A stretch of 64,000 bases of DNA from Mobula birostris. Lineage: Eukaryota. Each line of letters starts with the position of its first letter. Within the stretch, counting starts at the first letter, position 1. The position numbers and the translations under genes are program-made. The notes under the pieces were generated by a model. That model was not told where the DNA came from and searched no databases. It saw only the letters and a program-made list of their open reading frames with translations. Of the stretch, positions 11,941 to 24,235 are shown piece by piece. The stretch is from contig NC_092385.1 of the NCBI RefSeq assembly GCF_030028105.1, positions 39,915,433-39,979,432 of the forward strand, in the 5' to 3' direction.

Positions 11941-13354
11941 AAAACACAAAATACTCTGCAGATGCTGGGGTCAAAGCAACACTCACAACCCGCTGTTCCT
12001 TCGCTACATTGACGACTACATTGGTACTACTTCCTGCACCCATGCTGAGCTCGTGAATTTCATCGACTTTACTTCAAACTTCCACCCAGCCCTCAAATTC
12101 ACTTGCTCTATCTCGGACACTTCTCCCCCCTTTCTCGATCTCTTGGTCTCCATCTCTGAAGACAGATTTGTCCACTGATATCTTCTACAAGCCCACTGAT
12201 TCTCATAACTACCTCGACTATACCTCTTCCCACCCTGCCATATGCAAAACTGCCATTCCCTATTCCTAGTTCCTCCGTCTCCGCCGCATCTGCTCCCAGG
12301 ATGAGGCTTTCCGTTCCTGGACATCTCAAATGTCCTCTTTCTTTAAGGATCGTGGTTTCCCTTCTGCCGTCATCAATGATGCCCTCACCCGCATCTCCTC
12401 CATTTCCCGCACTTCAGCTCTCACCCCATCCTCCCGCCACCACAACAGGGACAGAGTTCCCCTTGTCCTCACCTACCACCCCACCAGCCTCCGGATCCAG
12501 CACATTATCCTCTGCATCTTCCGCCACCTTCGACAGGACCCCACCACTAAGTACATCTTTCCCTCTCTACCCCTCTCCGCCTTCCGCAGGGATCGGTTCC
12601 TCCCCACAGATCTCTCACCCGGCACTTATCCCTGTAAGCATAAGTGCTATACCTGTCCCTACACCTCCTCTCTTGCCACCATTCAGGGCCCCAAACAGTC
12701 CTTCCAGGTGAGGCAACACTTCACTTGTGAGTCTGTTGGGGTCATCTATTGCATCCGGTGCTCCCGGTGCGGCCTCCTCTACATCGGTGAAACCCGACGC
12801 AGATTGGGGGACCGCTTCGTCAAGCACCTCCGCTCCGTCCGCCACAACAGACAGGATCTCCCGGTTGCCACCCACTTCAACTCTGCTTCCCATTCGGATA
12901 TGTCCATACATGGCCTCCTCTACTGCCATGATGAGGCTAAACCCAGGTTGGAGGAGCAACACCTCATATACCGTCTAGGTAGTCTCCAGCCCCTTAGTAT
13001 GAACATAGAGTTCTCCAACTTCCAGGTAATTCCCTCCCCCTCCCTTCCTCTATCCCTATTTCACTCTGCCTCCTCCCCCAGCTGCCTATCACCTCCCTTA
13101 TGGTTCCATCTCCTTCTACTACCTATTGTGTTTTCCTCTATTCTTTCATCACCTTTCCTGCCTATGACTTCCCTGCTTCCCCTCCCTCACCCCTTTATCT
13201 TTCCCCTTACTGGTTTTTCACCTGGAACCTACCAGCCTTCTCCTTCCCACCCTTCCCCCACCTTCTTTATAGGGCCTCTGTCCCTTCCCTCTTCAGTCCT
13301 GATGAAGGGTTCCGGCCCGAAACGTTGACTGATCATTTCCACGGATGTGAGTAT
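11941..13354 (+). mobile_element. 5'-truncated Penelope-like element (Neptune-like): RT C-terminus, Cys linker, GIY-YIG endonuclease and pLTR; disrupted
   Basis: RYIDD at ~12002-12016, PFLD, YKPTD, linker CKHKCYTC, GVIYCIRCSRCGLLYIGETRRRLGDRF. Inverted pLTR piece at 11941-11995. 15-bp TSD TGCTTTACAG(T/C)ACCA at 11926-11940 and 13355-13369. Confidence 0.95.
13293..13332 (+). ncRNA. Minimal type-I hammerhead ribozyme in the Penelope pLTR
   Basis: TCAGTC-CTGATGA-A-GGG ttccgg CCC-GAAAC-GTT-GACTGA: 6-bp helix I, intact core, GUU cleavage triplet, palindromic AACGTT in place of helix III. Confidence 0.8.
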
Positions 13355-14048
13355 TGCTTTACAGCACCAGTGACCCAGGTTCAATTCCCACTATCGTCTG
13401 TAAGGAGTTTGCACGTCCTCCCCTTGATCGAAGACGTACTGTTTGCTAGGTTAACTGGTCATACTAAATTGTCCTAAATTGTCCATCTCAGATGGACGCT
13501 GGCAACACTCAAATAGGTCAGGCTATAACTGTGGGAAGAGAAACAGAGTTAATGTTTCTGGTTAGGAGACAAAAATCAGCTTGTAAAGCTGCAGTAAGGG
13601 TGATGTCCCTGATTGGCTAAAGCCAGGATGACCATGAGGTCAAACTAGTCAGTGAGTAAATGAGAGAAGTCAGCAGCTGAATCTTGAAGGAATATGAAGT
13701 GTGAAATGCAGAGCAGGAGGACAAACACAGCAGAATGGGCTAGATACATCCTCAACCTACAGAGAAAAAACAAAATAAGCTGATCTAATATCAGAGGAGG
13801 ATGGCCTTATATCAAAATTGGCTAACCTCACTATATAAATTGCTGGATTCAATATTGAGTCTTGAGAGCTGCAACGTGTGACAGTGAGGATAGAGTGGAA
13901 ACATTCGGCCTCCAATACTACCCAGACACCCAAAATAAGTGCGCGGAAGATCACTTATGGTCTCTCTAGGCATAGTACAGTCTTTCAGTAACAACACCAA
14001 GTCTCCCCCACCACCTGCCCCCCTCCGTCCCTGCACAAAACATACTTG

Positions 14049-14649
14049 TGAAACACCCTGGTTTCCTTGGCTGCGTAAGTCCAGGTGAGACACTCTCAAG
14101 TCCCACCAAATTCGTGGGATTGAGATGGCTGATCCTGCTCCAAACCCCGGTTTGTGTGGATGCTGTGTAATTTGCTACCCTGTTTCAAATTAGTGCCGCG
14201 AAATAACAGACAGCACACTGCATACGACCAAAAGAGTTATTTTTGTGAATCTTAACTAAACTAAATGGTTAGTAAAGAATAACAGAAAGAAAAGGGCCCA
14301 CTCTAACTAAACAGTCAAATGTGCACAAGTTGGAGCTTCTTGTGAACTTCTCTGTCACTCACGCACTGAGTCCTCCATCAGTGAGAACGCCCACACCACC
14401 CTCCGAACGTCGCTTACGATCCATCTCACAAACGGGTCTCCCAGTGGATCATATGCTACGACCGGTTCTCCCCAGTGTTATCTCTCTTTGTCTCCCGCCG
14501 AACAAAAGCCCAAGACAAACCTTATTATCCCTCACCAAGAAAATCTCCTGCTAATTGGATGGCATGCATTCCACATCATCCCTTATCTTCAACAATAACC
14601 CAAACAGACTGAAAGCAGAAGAGAATACCTGTAAAGGTGTGAAATTACA
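14049..14649 (-). mobile_element. Solo LTR (probably Gypsy-type), 601 bp
   Basis: TG...CA termini (minus strand TGTAATTTC...GGTGTTTCA) with a 4-bp TSD CTTG at 14045-14048 and 14650-14653. Confidence 0.7.
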
Positions 14650-15199
14650 CTTGCTTTGTCACCTTCAGTTCTTATGAAACATAGACTCTGTTTATCTTTC
14701 CTCAGGTACTGCTTGATCTGTTGACTGTTTCCAGTATTTGCTATTTACCTTTCAGATTGTCAATAGATACATTCATTCCTCCTCCAGGAAGAAACAATTT
14801 GGTGTTTTAGCAGCAAGATTTGCAAGTAAGCATGAAGTTGATAAAACAATTCAATGAACACTGAAGCAAGTGGGCTGACGGGACTTTGAATTGGGAGAGT
14901 GGTAAATGAAGTATTCCGAGTAAATCCAATTTGTGTAGAATGGAGAAGGATCCAGAAAAAGTGACATTTTAGTTATTGAGCTGAAGACTTGGTATAGGGG
15001 CATGTGTGTGAGAGGAAGTCCTGTTATAGGCCAAACATTTACCCTCTGTTCCAAATCTTCAGAACAAACCCACACTGACAGTCAAGCTTGTTGAAGGCAT
15101 TAAAGAAAAACGAGAAAGTTGCTGGCTGCAGATAAATGGGACAGCTGCAGAGCTGTAGCCTTTAAGCTGATGGAAATTTTAGTTCAGTTAGTGGCCTTC

Positions 15200-15900
15200 T
15201 TAGCAGGGACAATATAGCATGCTTCATTGTTTTATACATACTAAGAAGAGTTATAGGAGAGTGTGCAGAGCCTGTACGTACAACTGCTCAGGTATGTGTA
15301 TAAAATAAGCCCGTTTCTGAAAGCTATTTATTGACCGAGTAAGGAAATAGGCTGGGAGACAAGTAACAGAGAGGAGGGATATTGACAAGTCACCTGAACC
15401 GCAGGATGTGACAGGAGCCCATGACGGGACCTCAGTTACTCACTGCATTCATTAAAGCTTTAAACACAGATTAGAAATCAAAAGAACAGGACACAAGGAT
15501 TGTTGGTATTATAAGCAGAGTTGGTGAAAGTATAGAATTACAGAGATATAAACAGGTCAGTTGAACTGGCAAAACTAGTGCAAACATGTTTTCTGAACTT
15601 ACCTAAAAAATGAGATCTGAATTTTCTAAATGATGAGAAAATAAAAAACAATGGAGGTGCAAGAGACACAGGAGTCCAAATATCTTAGTTTTTTTTAAAA
15701 TGGGAAGGACAGATTATGGAAATAATTAACAAGATGCAGTATTAGTCTTTGCATCTTGCTGACTAGAAAATGAGATCTAATGTGTCCTGCAGTAACGCAA
15801 AGTCATGCGAGACCACACTTGAGGTACTTCTAGTCACTACACTTGAGGAAGGATGTAATCTTTCCACATACTACCAATCCCTCCACTCCCAAGGAGCTGG
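15200..15900 (+). mobile_element. Highly degenerate CR1 fragment
   Basis: Recognisable remnants such as CAGGAGCCCATGACGGGACCTCAG and GAGACCACACTTGAGGTAC. Confidence 0.55.
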
Positions 15901-15974
15901 ACCTGACTGCAAAGCCAAAGCTGCTTCCCTGACTAATGGCACACGATTGATACCATTAACTCCTGGTCATAGCG

Positions 15975-17155
15975 AGTCGATAAGCTTCAAGAACTGGGCC
16001 TCAGCACCTCCTTGTGCAACTGGATCCTCGATTTCCTCACTTGCAGACCTCAGTCGGTTCAGATTGGCAACATCATCTTCTCCACAATCACCATCAGCAC
16101 AGGTACACCACAAGACTGTGTGCTTAGCCCCCTGCTCTACTGGCTTTACACTTATGACTGTGAGGGTAAGCATAGCTCCAATGCCATATTTAAGTTTTCT
16201 TATGACACCACTGTCGTTGGCCAAATCAAAGGTGGTGACGGATCTGCATATAGAAAGGAAATTGAAAATCTGGCTGAGTGGTGCCACAACAACCACCTCG
16301 CACTCAGTGTCAGCAAGATCAAGCAGCTGATTATTGACTTCAGGAGGAAGAAAATGAGGGTCCATGGGTCAGTCCTTACTGGGGGATCAGAGGTGGAGAG
16401 GGTCAGCAACTTTAAACTCCTCAGTGTTATCATTTCAGAGGATATATTCTGAGTCCAGCATGCAAGTGCCATTACAAAGAAAGCACAGCATTGTCCCTAC
16501 TGAAGGTTAGTGAAGATTCGGCATGTCATCTAAAACTTCGACAAACATCTAAGCAGTGGAAAGTATACCGATTGCTTGCATCATGGCCTGGTGCACCTTG
16601 AACAAAAAAAAACAACAAAAAGTCATGGATACAGCCCAGTCTATCTCGGGTAAAGCCCTCTCCACCACCGAACACAGCTTCAAGGAACACTCTCATAGAA
16701 AAGCAGCTGATTATCATCAAGGACTCCCAGCATCCAGGCCATGCTCTCTTCTTGCTGCTGCCATTGGGAAAGAGGTACAGGAGCCCCAAGAGCCACGCCA
16801 CCAGGTTTCAGAATAGTTATTATCCCTCAACCATCAGGCTCTTGAACCAGAAGGGATAACTTCACTCACCCCAAAACTGAACTGTTCCCACAACCTATGG
16901 ACTTACTTTCAAAGGCTCTTCATATCACATTCTCAATAGTTATTGCTTATTTATTATTACTTCTTAAATCTTTGTATTTACAGTTTGTTGTCTTTTGCAC
17001 ACATGTTGTTTGCCTGTTTTGTGTGCGGGTTTTCATTGATTCTATTGTGTTTCTTAGTATTTACTGTGAATGCCCATTAGAAAATAAATCCCAGCGTTGT
17101 ATATGGTGACATATATTTATTTTGATAAGAATATACATTTTCTTTGAACTTTGAT
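15975..17155 (+). mobile_element. Rex1/Babar LINE, 5'-truncated and decayed
   Basis: [38 protein letters not shown] (from FADD), IIDFRR. TTTGAACTTTG tail. Confidence 0.92.
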
Positions 17156-17919
17156 TCACTTAGCTCAGTATCATATTTGAGTGCCTTCATGAACCCATTG
17201 AACTACTGGTACTCCACTGGCCAAAATTCCTCTAAATACACAGCAGTGTTCCTTCTTGGAATAACGGCATGTCTGGGATTGATATATTGCGTTTCGCAAG
17301 TATTGCATGTTTGCACTCCTAGTCATCTTCCTATGACCGGACAATGTGAATGTTGTTAAAGACAAGAGCAACCTTGTTGATGATAGCAGCGAATGACTAC
17401 CTATACTCACTGAATTATTATTTATTATTCTTTGTTTTTTTTTGTATTTGCACAGTTTCTCTTCTTTTGCACATCGGTTGTTCGTCAGCCTTCGTTCATC
17501 GATTCTATTGTATCTCTTTGTTCTCCTATGAATGCCTGCAAGAAAATGAATCTCAGAGTAGTATATGCTGACATAAACCTGTACATGCTTTGATATTAAA
17601 TTTACTTTGAAAGTTGAAACTTAGCTATTACGATAAGGGGCCACAGTCATTGGTAGAAACTCATACAAGAATTCTTTAACTTATGAGGGAAAAAACTGGA
17701 GATTCCAACTGTAAATAGCATAGTTTATAGTCAATTTTATTGTCATTCAACTATATAACATGTATGCTATCAAACAAGACATTTCTTGACTATAAACATT
17801 GCATTTTTAAAGGCATTAGTCATAACTTTGTTAATGCTTTCCCATGACATTAAATCTATACCAGCTCACAAGGCAATCCCATATCCCAGTAATTTTTCTT
17901 GTAATCTATCCCTCCACAT

Positions 17920-18130
17920 TCTTATCGACTCCCTCCAAATTCTACCATTCACACCCACACACCACGGGCAACTTACAGTGGCGAATTAACCTACCAACCA
18001 GCGCATCTTTGGGATGTGGGAAGAAAACGGAACTAGCCAGAGGAAGCCCATACCGACATCATCGGAGGTCAGGGTCAACCCTGGGTCACCAAGCACTGTG
18101 AGATGGCAGTTCTGCTCACTGCATCACTTG
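17920..18130 (-). mobile_element. Degenerate V-core SINE
   Basis: Reverse complement of the V core (TCTTTGGGATGTGGGAAGAAAACGG) and of a tRNA-like head. Confidence 0.6.
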
Positions 18131-18869
18131 TACATTCTTTGCATTTGATGGCAAATTTAAATGTCAACCACACATGATTACTAAGAAAATGAATGAGATA
18201 AAAATAGCCTTGTATTTTCTGACATACCAAAGAAATGTAATAACATACAGAATTAAAACTGGTGACTTAATTTAGCTTTCTTTGCCTATTCCGGCCTTTG
18301 AAAATGCAGTTAATGATGAAGCTCATGTGTATGTAATAAACAACACACAGCCCACATAAAATGCACAAAAAGAACCCAGCAAAGCATATAATCAGCAGTC
18401 ACATTTCACAGAATAATGCAGTTTCCTTTTCTCCATTTTTATGGCCAACAGTCTCCAAGTAAAATTCAACTTCAAAGTCAAATTTGGCTACCGCTCAGAC
18501 ACTCTGGACAGGGCATTTGCAAGCTGCCTTTAAGGACATTCTCACAGCAGATAATAATGCAACTCCCTGCAGAGTCAACAGGAAGTATGTAAGCAAAGAA
18601 AAGATAGCAGAAGCTTGCAGTCTTAAAACAGCACAGCGTTGAAATGAAACTTTGAAGAGAAATCAAAAACTTTATAACCAGCAATTAACCACAAAGCTGT
18701 TTTTCACTTCATTGTCAAATACCCTTCTTCAGTGAAATTTCTCTGAACTGCGCTTGCGTGTCCATATACACGCCGTGCTAGGGAGAGATTTTACTATGAT
18801 GAGAAGGTTTAAATCTATTAAAAGAGCAAGAACTCAGAAATCTTCACAAACTCACAACAGCTTAGACAT

Positions 18870-19310
18870 CACATTCCATCACAGGAAAGCAGCGTCCATT
18901 TTCAAGGGTCTCCAGCACTTGGGCCATGCTCTCTTCTCGCTGCTGCCATCAGTAAGAAGGTACAGGAGCCTCAGGATTCATATCGCCAGCTTCATGAACA
19001 GTTATTACCCCTCAACAACAGGTTCCTGAACCAGAGGGAATAACTTCATTCACCTCATCACTGAACTGTTCTCACGACGTATGGACTCACTTTCAAGGAC
19101 TCTTCGTAACATATTGTTGATATTTATTGCTTATTCATTTGTTTTTCTCTCCTTTGCCTTTTGCACGTCAGTTGTTTGTCCGTTCTGCTGGGTGTGGCCT
19201 TTCATTGATTCTATTGTGCTTTTTGGATTTACTCTGCATGCCCACAAGAAAACAAACCTCAGGGTATGGTGTTCTTTGATAATAAATTTACTTAGAACTT
19301 TGAATATATA
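18870..19310 (+). mobile_element. Rex1-related 3' fragment
   Basis: RKAASIFKG.QHLGHALFSLLPS.RRYRSLR and the same 3' UTR as 7640-8525. Confidence 0.8.
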
Positions 19311-19362
19311 TTTAATCGAGGACAGAATTTAAAACATAAATATTCATAAATCCCAGCTTAAC

Positions 19363-19719
19363 CTGCCTTCGCATGGCCCCTTCTTCTCACCTACCTATTA
19401 CCTCGCCCTGGGTCCTCTCCTCCCTCTCTTTCTTCTATGGTCCACTCTCCTCTCCTATCAGATTCCTTCCTCTCCAGCTCTTCACCTTTCCTACCCACCT
19501 GGCTTCACCTATCACCTTCTAGCAATCCTCCTTCTCCTCCCCCCAACCTTTTTATTCTGGCGTCTTCCCCCTTCCTCTCCAGTTCTGAAGGTCTCTGCTC
19601 AAAATGTTGACTGTTTATTCATTTCCATAAATGCTGCCTGACCTGCCGAGTTCCTCCAGCATTTTGTGTGCGCTGCTTTGGATTTCCAGCATTTGTAGAA
19701 TTTCTTGTGTCTATGATTT
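19363..19719 (+). mobile_element. Penelope 3' end (CT-rich tract and pLTR, degenerate hammerhead)
   Basis: Matches 13030-13350 plus the pLTR tail. TSD CCAGCTTAAC at 19353-19362 and 19720-19729. Confidence 0.8.
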
Positions 19720-20052
19720 CCAGCTTAACGTTGTTGCTCTGAAAAAAACCTGAATTACCATTCGAGGATTTTTTTTTAAGTTTCAGGAAGGTCATTTTCT
19801 CCTCAGCGTGATATCATTCAAGCTAGAAATAAGAAGAAAACCATAAACCTTTACTACCGAAGCTGCACCTCAGACATCAAAAGATAACGATCAGTTTTGT
19901 CATATGTACATCAAAACATAGAGTGAAATGTGTCATTTGTGTCAATGACCATCATAGCCTGAGGACTGGGCTGGATGGAGGCCAGCCCACAAGTCTTGCC
20001 ACGCTGCATAGCATGCTCACAGCTCACTATTACTAACCATAACCATACGTCT

Positions 20053-20668
20053 AATGGCATGTTGGCCTTCATAACAAGGGGAGTTGAGTATAGGAGCAAA
20101 GAGGTCCTTCTGCAGTCGTACAAGGCCCTGGTGAGACCCCACCTGGAGTATTGTGTGCAGTTTTTGTCTCCAAATTTGAGGAATTTGGCATAGGTTCACT
20201 GGGTTAATTCCAGGGATGGCAGGAATGTCATATGTTGAAAGATTGGAGTGACTGGGCTTGTATACACTAGAAGGACGAGAGAGGATCTGATTGAAACATA
20301 TAAGATTATTAAGGGATTGGACACGCTAGAGGCAGGAAACATGTTCCCGGTGTTGGGGGAGTCCAGAATCAGAGGCCACAGTCTAAGAATAAGGGGTAGA
20401 CCATTTAGAACGGAGTTGAGGAAAAACTTTTTCCACACAGAGGGTTGTGGAAATGTGGAATGCTCTGTCTCAGAAGGCAGTAGAGACCAATTCTCTGGAT
20501 TCTTTCAGGAAAGAGTTAGATAGAGCTCTTGAAGATAGCGGAGTCAAGGGATATGGGGAGAAGGCAAAACAGGGTTCTGATTGTGGATGATCAGCCATGA
20601 TCACAGTGAATGGCGGTGCTGGCTCGAAGGGCCGAATGGCCTACTCCTGCACCTATTGTCTATTGTCT
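20053..20668 (+). mobile_element. Young CR1 3' fragment inserted in a minus-strand SINE (~19880-20800)
   Basis: NGMLAFITRGVEYRSK...RPHLEYCVQF, closely similar to 53270-53910. (CTATTGT)n tail. GTCT at both junctions (20049-20052, 20665-20668). Confidence 0.93.
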
Positions 20669-23008
20669 TTGGAACAGGGGAGGAAACCAGAGCTCCCGGA
20701 GGAAACCCACACAGTCACGGGAAGTATGTGCAAACTCCTTACAGACAACAGCGGGATTTGAGGTCTGATCAGTGACTTCTGGTGTTGTAAAACTTTGTGC
20801 CACCCTCAGGTGCAATCTAACTCTCGGCTTCCAAGCCCCTCCCTGCTGCCTTACCTGCTGCTTACTTCCAGCATTTATTGTTTCTTCCTCAGTACTTTGC
20901 TGGCTTTTCATGTTTGAATCTTGTGACCAAGAGTTTGGGAAGAACTACTTGTAGTACTGTTGAGTCACTAGTGATTAATTCCAAATTAGAAATAAACTAT
21001 GTCTCTCAGAATCAACAGCACGAGAAACCTACAAATTAATTGTTCTACAATTACCCTGAAGCCTTTGGTAAACTGTGCAGCCAAGCGTGAGGAAAGCTCC
21101 AAACTCCACCTTTAATGTGCTATTTGACCAAAAATCTAGGTCAAGTGTTTAGGAGCAAAGTACTATACACTTGCAACAGGGCAATGTTTGATGTGCCAAT
21201 TATTTTCCTTGTCTAATCCTATTATTTCCTTCCTCAAATACCAACACCCAGGCACAATGCATCGTTTGCTGATTCAAAGCATATGTTCATATGTCAGTGC
21301 TGTGCTATTTAGCCATGTAGTAATGGATTGCATCATCACCTTCCTTCATTTGAACCTCTCTAACAGACCCACTGGTCACAATCAGAAATAAAAACGAAGA
21401 ACCATCTTCTCCTCCCTAGCTGAGGAACGCTGAGCCAATTATAGGCGTTTAATTGTTGCTCTGCCTGACAGAAGCTAACAGCACAGACGAGGATTGCTCT
21501 GTTGCTCAATGATCTGAATGCCTGATCTACTTACCGAACAATCTTCCTGAACCACTGGGGAAGCTTTCATCAAAGATTAACCAAACAGCGTGACATATAA
21601 TGAAGATGCATTGCCTTTCCAGGATGCCTCCACTGCATTCTTTTAAACAATGCCACTCTGACCTGTCAGAATTAAACAGATGAGCTGCAATTGTGCATTT
21701 AATATAATGCACCTTCCTGCAATACAATGGCTGTGCTTATTCATTTCAAGTCAACTTTTTCACTTTGTCATATTCATAAGGACAGTTCTTATCATATCCA
21801 CAAACAATTTTATAACAATTGTTTAAAAACAATTTATGTTTTGATATGGTTCCAATATTAAATTTAAAGAAATCTGCTGTTGGCTTTCTATTGTTGGCTT
21901 TTTTTTTGCTCTTTTAAAAAAATTGGTAATGACATAATATTTGGCATTTTCTCAACAGTGCTCCTCACATCTGGCAGGTAGTTTGTGCAATGGTTTACAA
22001 TCTGGAACTGGTTTACTGGACAGGAGGTACAGGTATCAGGTTCAAAGTCAAAGTCTAGTTTATTGACATATGCTCAAGTACATGTATGCACAAGTACAAC
22101 AAAAAACTTACTTGTATAACAGGCATACAGCAACAGATAAGCAGCATTCACAAGAACAAATATAACTTATACAAGAAAGAATACAATTGGAACAAAATGG
22201 TACATTACAAAGCAAAGTAAGAATACTAGAATGCCTTCCTTGTGATTCCTGCCTCTACAGATTTTTATAAATTCAGTCAGAGTAGATATGTAAATGATAC
22301 AACTAATCTTAACTTCTCCAAGTAAGCAACTTGGCCAGGGCTCTTGCTTTACAGACTATAAAATGGGCACAAGGAACATACGAAAGTTAAGATATGATGA
22401 AATTACAGAAAAGGTAATGTAAAGAGACCAGCGGGGAAAAAAATCCTTTTTTAAGCCCTTTTCTTATATTTATGTTAGCTTATGGGAGATAGGCATTGCT
22501 AGCAAGGCCAGTATTCATTGTCTTGAACACCCTTGAGAAGGCTGTGATGAACCACCATGTTACAGTCACGTTGAAGAAAAAATTTACAAAAAATATATTG
22601 AAATTTATTTCAAAATATGAAGGCTATTGTATTTCAGAATCTGCAAAGCTGAATTGTAGAAGAAGCCATGTGAAATACATTGCACAACTGTTGTCCAAAT
22701 CCTAATAAATATGTTTTCTATTTTAACAGAAAGCTATTTTTGAATATTATTTGGTATTTCCAGTGAGGTGCTTACATCTGAATAAAACAAAGGCTAAAAC
22801 TTCTGGTTTAGGATAATGAAATTGATCACTCCTGCCTGAGGTCCTTCTTTCAAAAGCTTTATAATGATAGAACCGTACAGCAGAGAGACAAGTCAGTTCT
22901 CATCAGTGCTAACTCTAATACAGTACTTATCTAAGCTCTTTAGGCTGGATTCATTTGCCCTATCTTATTCCTGGCCTCACTAGCACAATGCACAGAGAGC
23001 AGTCTCAA

Positions 23009-23270
23009 TTTTTTTTTGGCGCATCACACCAGACAGTCAGCCATTCTTGTCTGGTACGTAGTGTCAGAATTGGTCTCCTTTCAGATTAACCAGGTCACGA
23101 TATGAACGTTCCTGACTTAACTCTTTTTTTTTAATGAGGCCAAGTGGCTAACTCAACGCTCAACCCAGCATGGATGGAAAGTGTGCTCGAGGGGTGGCTC
23201 GACTTGGATTCGAACTTAGGAGCCTTCGCTCCACAGTCCAGGGCTGTTACCATTGCGCCACCAGCCGGCA
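23009..23270 (-). mobile_element. Full-length tRNA-derived SINE with A-tail
   Basis: Minus strand A-box TGGCGCAATGG, B-box GTTCGAATCC, terminal A-run. TSD TCTCAA at 23003-23008 and 23271-23276. Confidence 0.8.
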
Positions 23271-23589
23271 TCTCAAAACTACAACCTTAAAGATCCTGTT
23301 TTTCAAACTTCTGCCCAGCTCTCTAAATTCCCTTTGCAGAATAATATCTCTCTGCTTATCTCCCACCGATGCTACTCAACATTGATCACAGATGCTCCTC
23401 ACTCAGAGATCGATAGGTTCTTAACTGGTAAAGAATTTAAGGATTGCAGGGAAAAGCTGAGAGAATGGTGACGAAAAGAAAATTACCAAGATTGAATGAC
23501 AGATCAGACTCAACAGGCCAAATGGCCTAATTCTGCTTCCATATCTTATGGTCTTATGGACGTGACGAGTTCCTCTCCTTATAAGCAGC

Positions 23590-24235
23590 CAAAAAACAAA
23601 GAAACTGAATGAAAAATTAAATTTAAATTAAAAACCCATTAGAAAAAGACCGTCAAACAGCCAAAGTGTAAAGAAAAAAAAACAAATCGTGCAAACAATA
23701 AACACAAGCAAATAACGTTCAGAACTGAAGTCCATAAAAGAAAGCCCATCTACAGACACAAAGCCACAGCCTCAGTTCAGTGCAGAGCTGAGTAAATGTC
23801 GTGGAGCAGCAAGCTGAATCAACCTGTCCCTCGCCTCCAGTCCCAACACCCTGACATTTTCAGTCTGGCCTGGTACATAATATGTCGTCCAAACATCAGA
23901 TTCTGTCACTTCAAGACGCTCTGCGGCCCGGACCCTGCTGCCTCGATTCAGCCTGTGACCTGACCTTTCCAATCTGGCCCAGTGCTTAAATCGATCAAAA
24001 CTCAGGTCTTTTCTTTCCCTCAACAACAGGCCTGCTGCCTTGTCTTCCTTCTGTTCATCTCACCCTAGTTCTGCTGCATCTATCACCTCCAAGTCCAAAG
24101 GGAAATTATAGGCTATTGTTTGCGATGATCGTCTACCAGAAAAACTGTTACTAGTCAAGTATTTAGTGGTTCCTTTGTTTTGTTTGCCACTGATAGGTAG
24201 TCACTGAGCTACACCAGCGCCATCTTAAACTGAAA
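23590..24235 (-). mobile_element. Non-autonomous LINE-derived retroposon with AAGATGGCG head
   Basis: CGCCATCTT at 24218-24226. The A-rich 3' part resembles 57660-57930. Confidence 0.55.

Larger units (their letters stand above)
11895..13475 (+). mobile_element. tRNA-derived V-core (HE1-like) SINE split by a Penelope insertion (pieces ~11895-11940 and ~13355-13475)
   Basis: A-box GGTAGCGTAGCGG lies left of the insert. B-box GGTTCAATTCC and GTAAGGAGTTTGCACGT lie right of it. Confidence 0.8.

Noticed and set aside
13025-13328. Apparent 100-aa Pro/Ser/Phe-rich C-terminal extension on the Penelope ORF
   Set aside because: Probably a 1-nt frameshift just before the natural stop (TTCCAGGTAA) reading into the CT-rich 3' UTR.
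20840-20911. Strong minus-strand donor CAG|GTAAGG
   Set aside because: Lies in a degenerate Penelope pLTR-like motif (AAATGCTGGAA...CAGCAGGT.AGGCAGC) with no matching acceptor.
23200-23270. tRNA-like A and B boxes here and at 11895, 25420 and 45940
   Set aside because: SINE heads. I see no complete cloverleaf, so they are not called tRNA genes.
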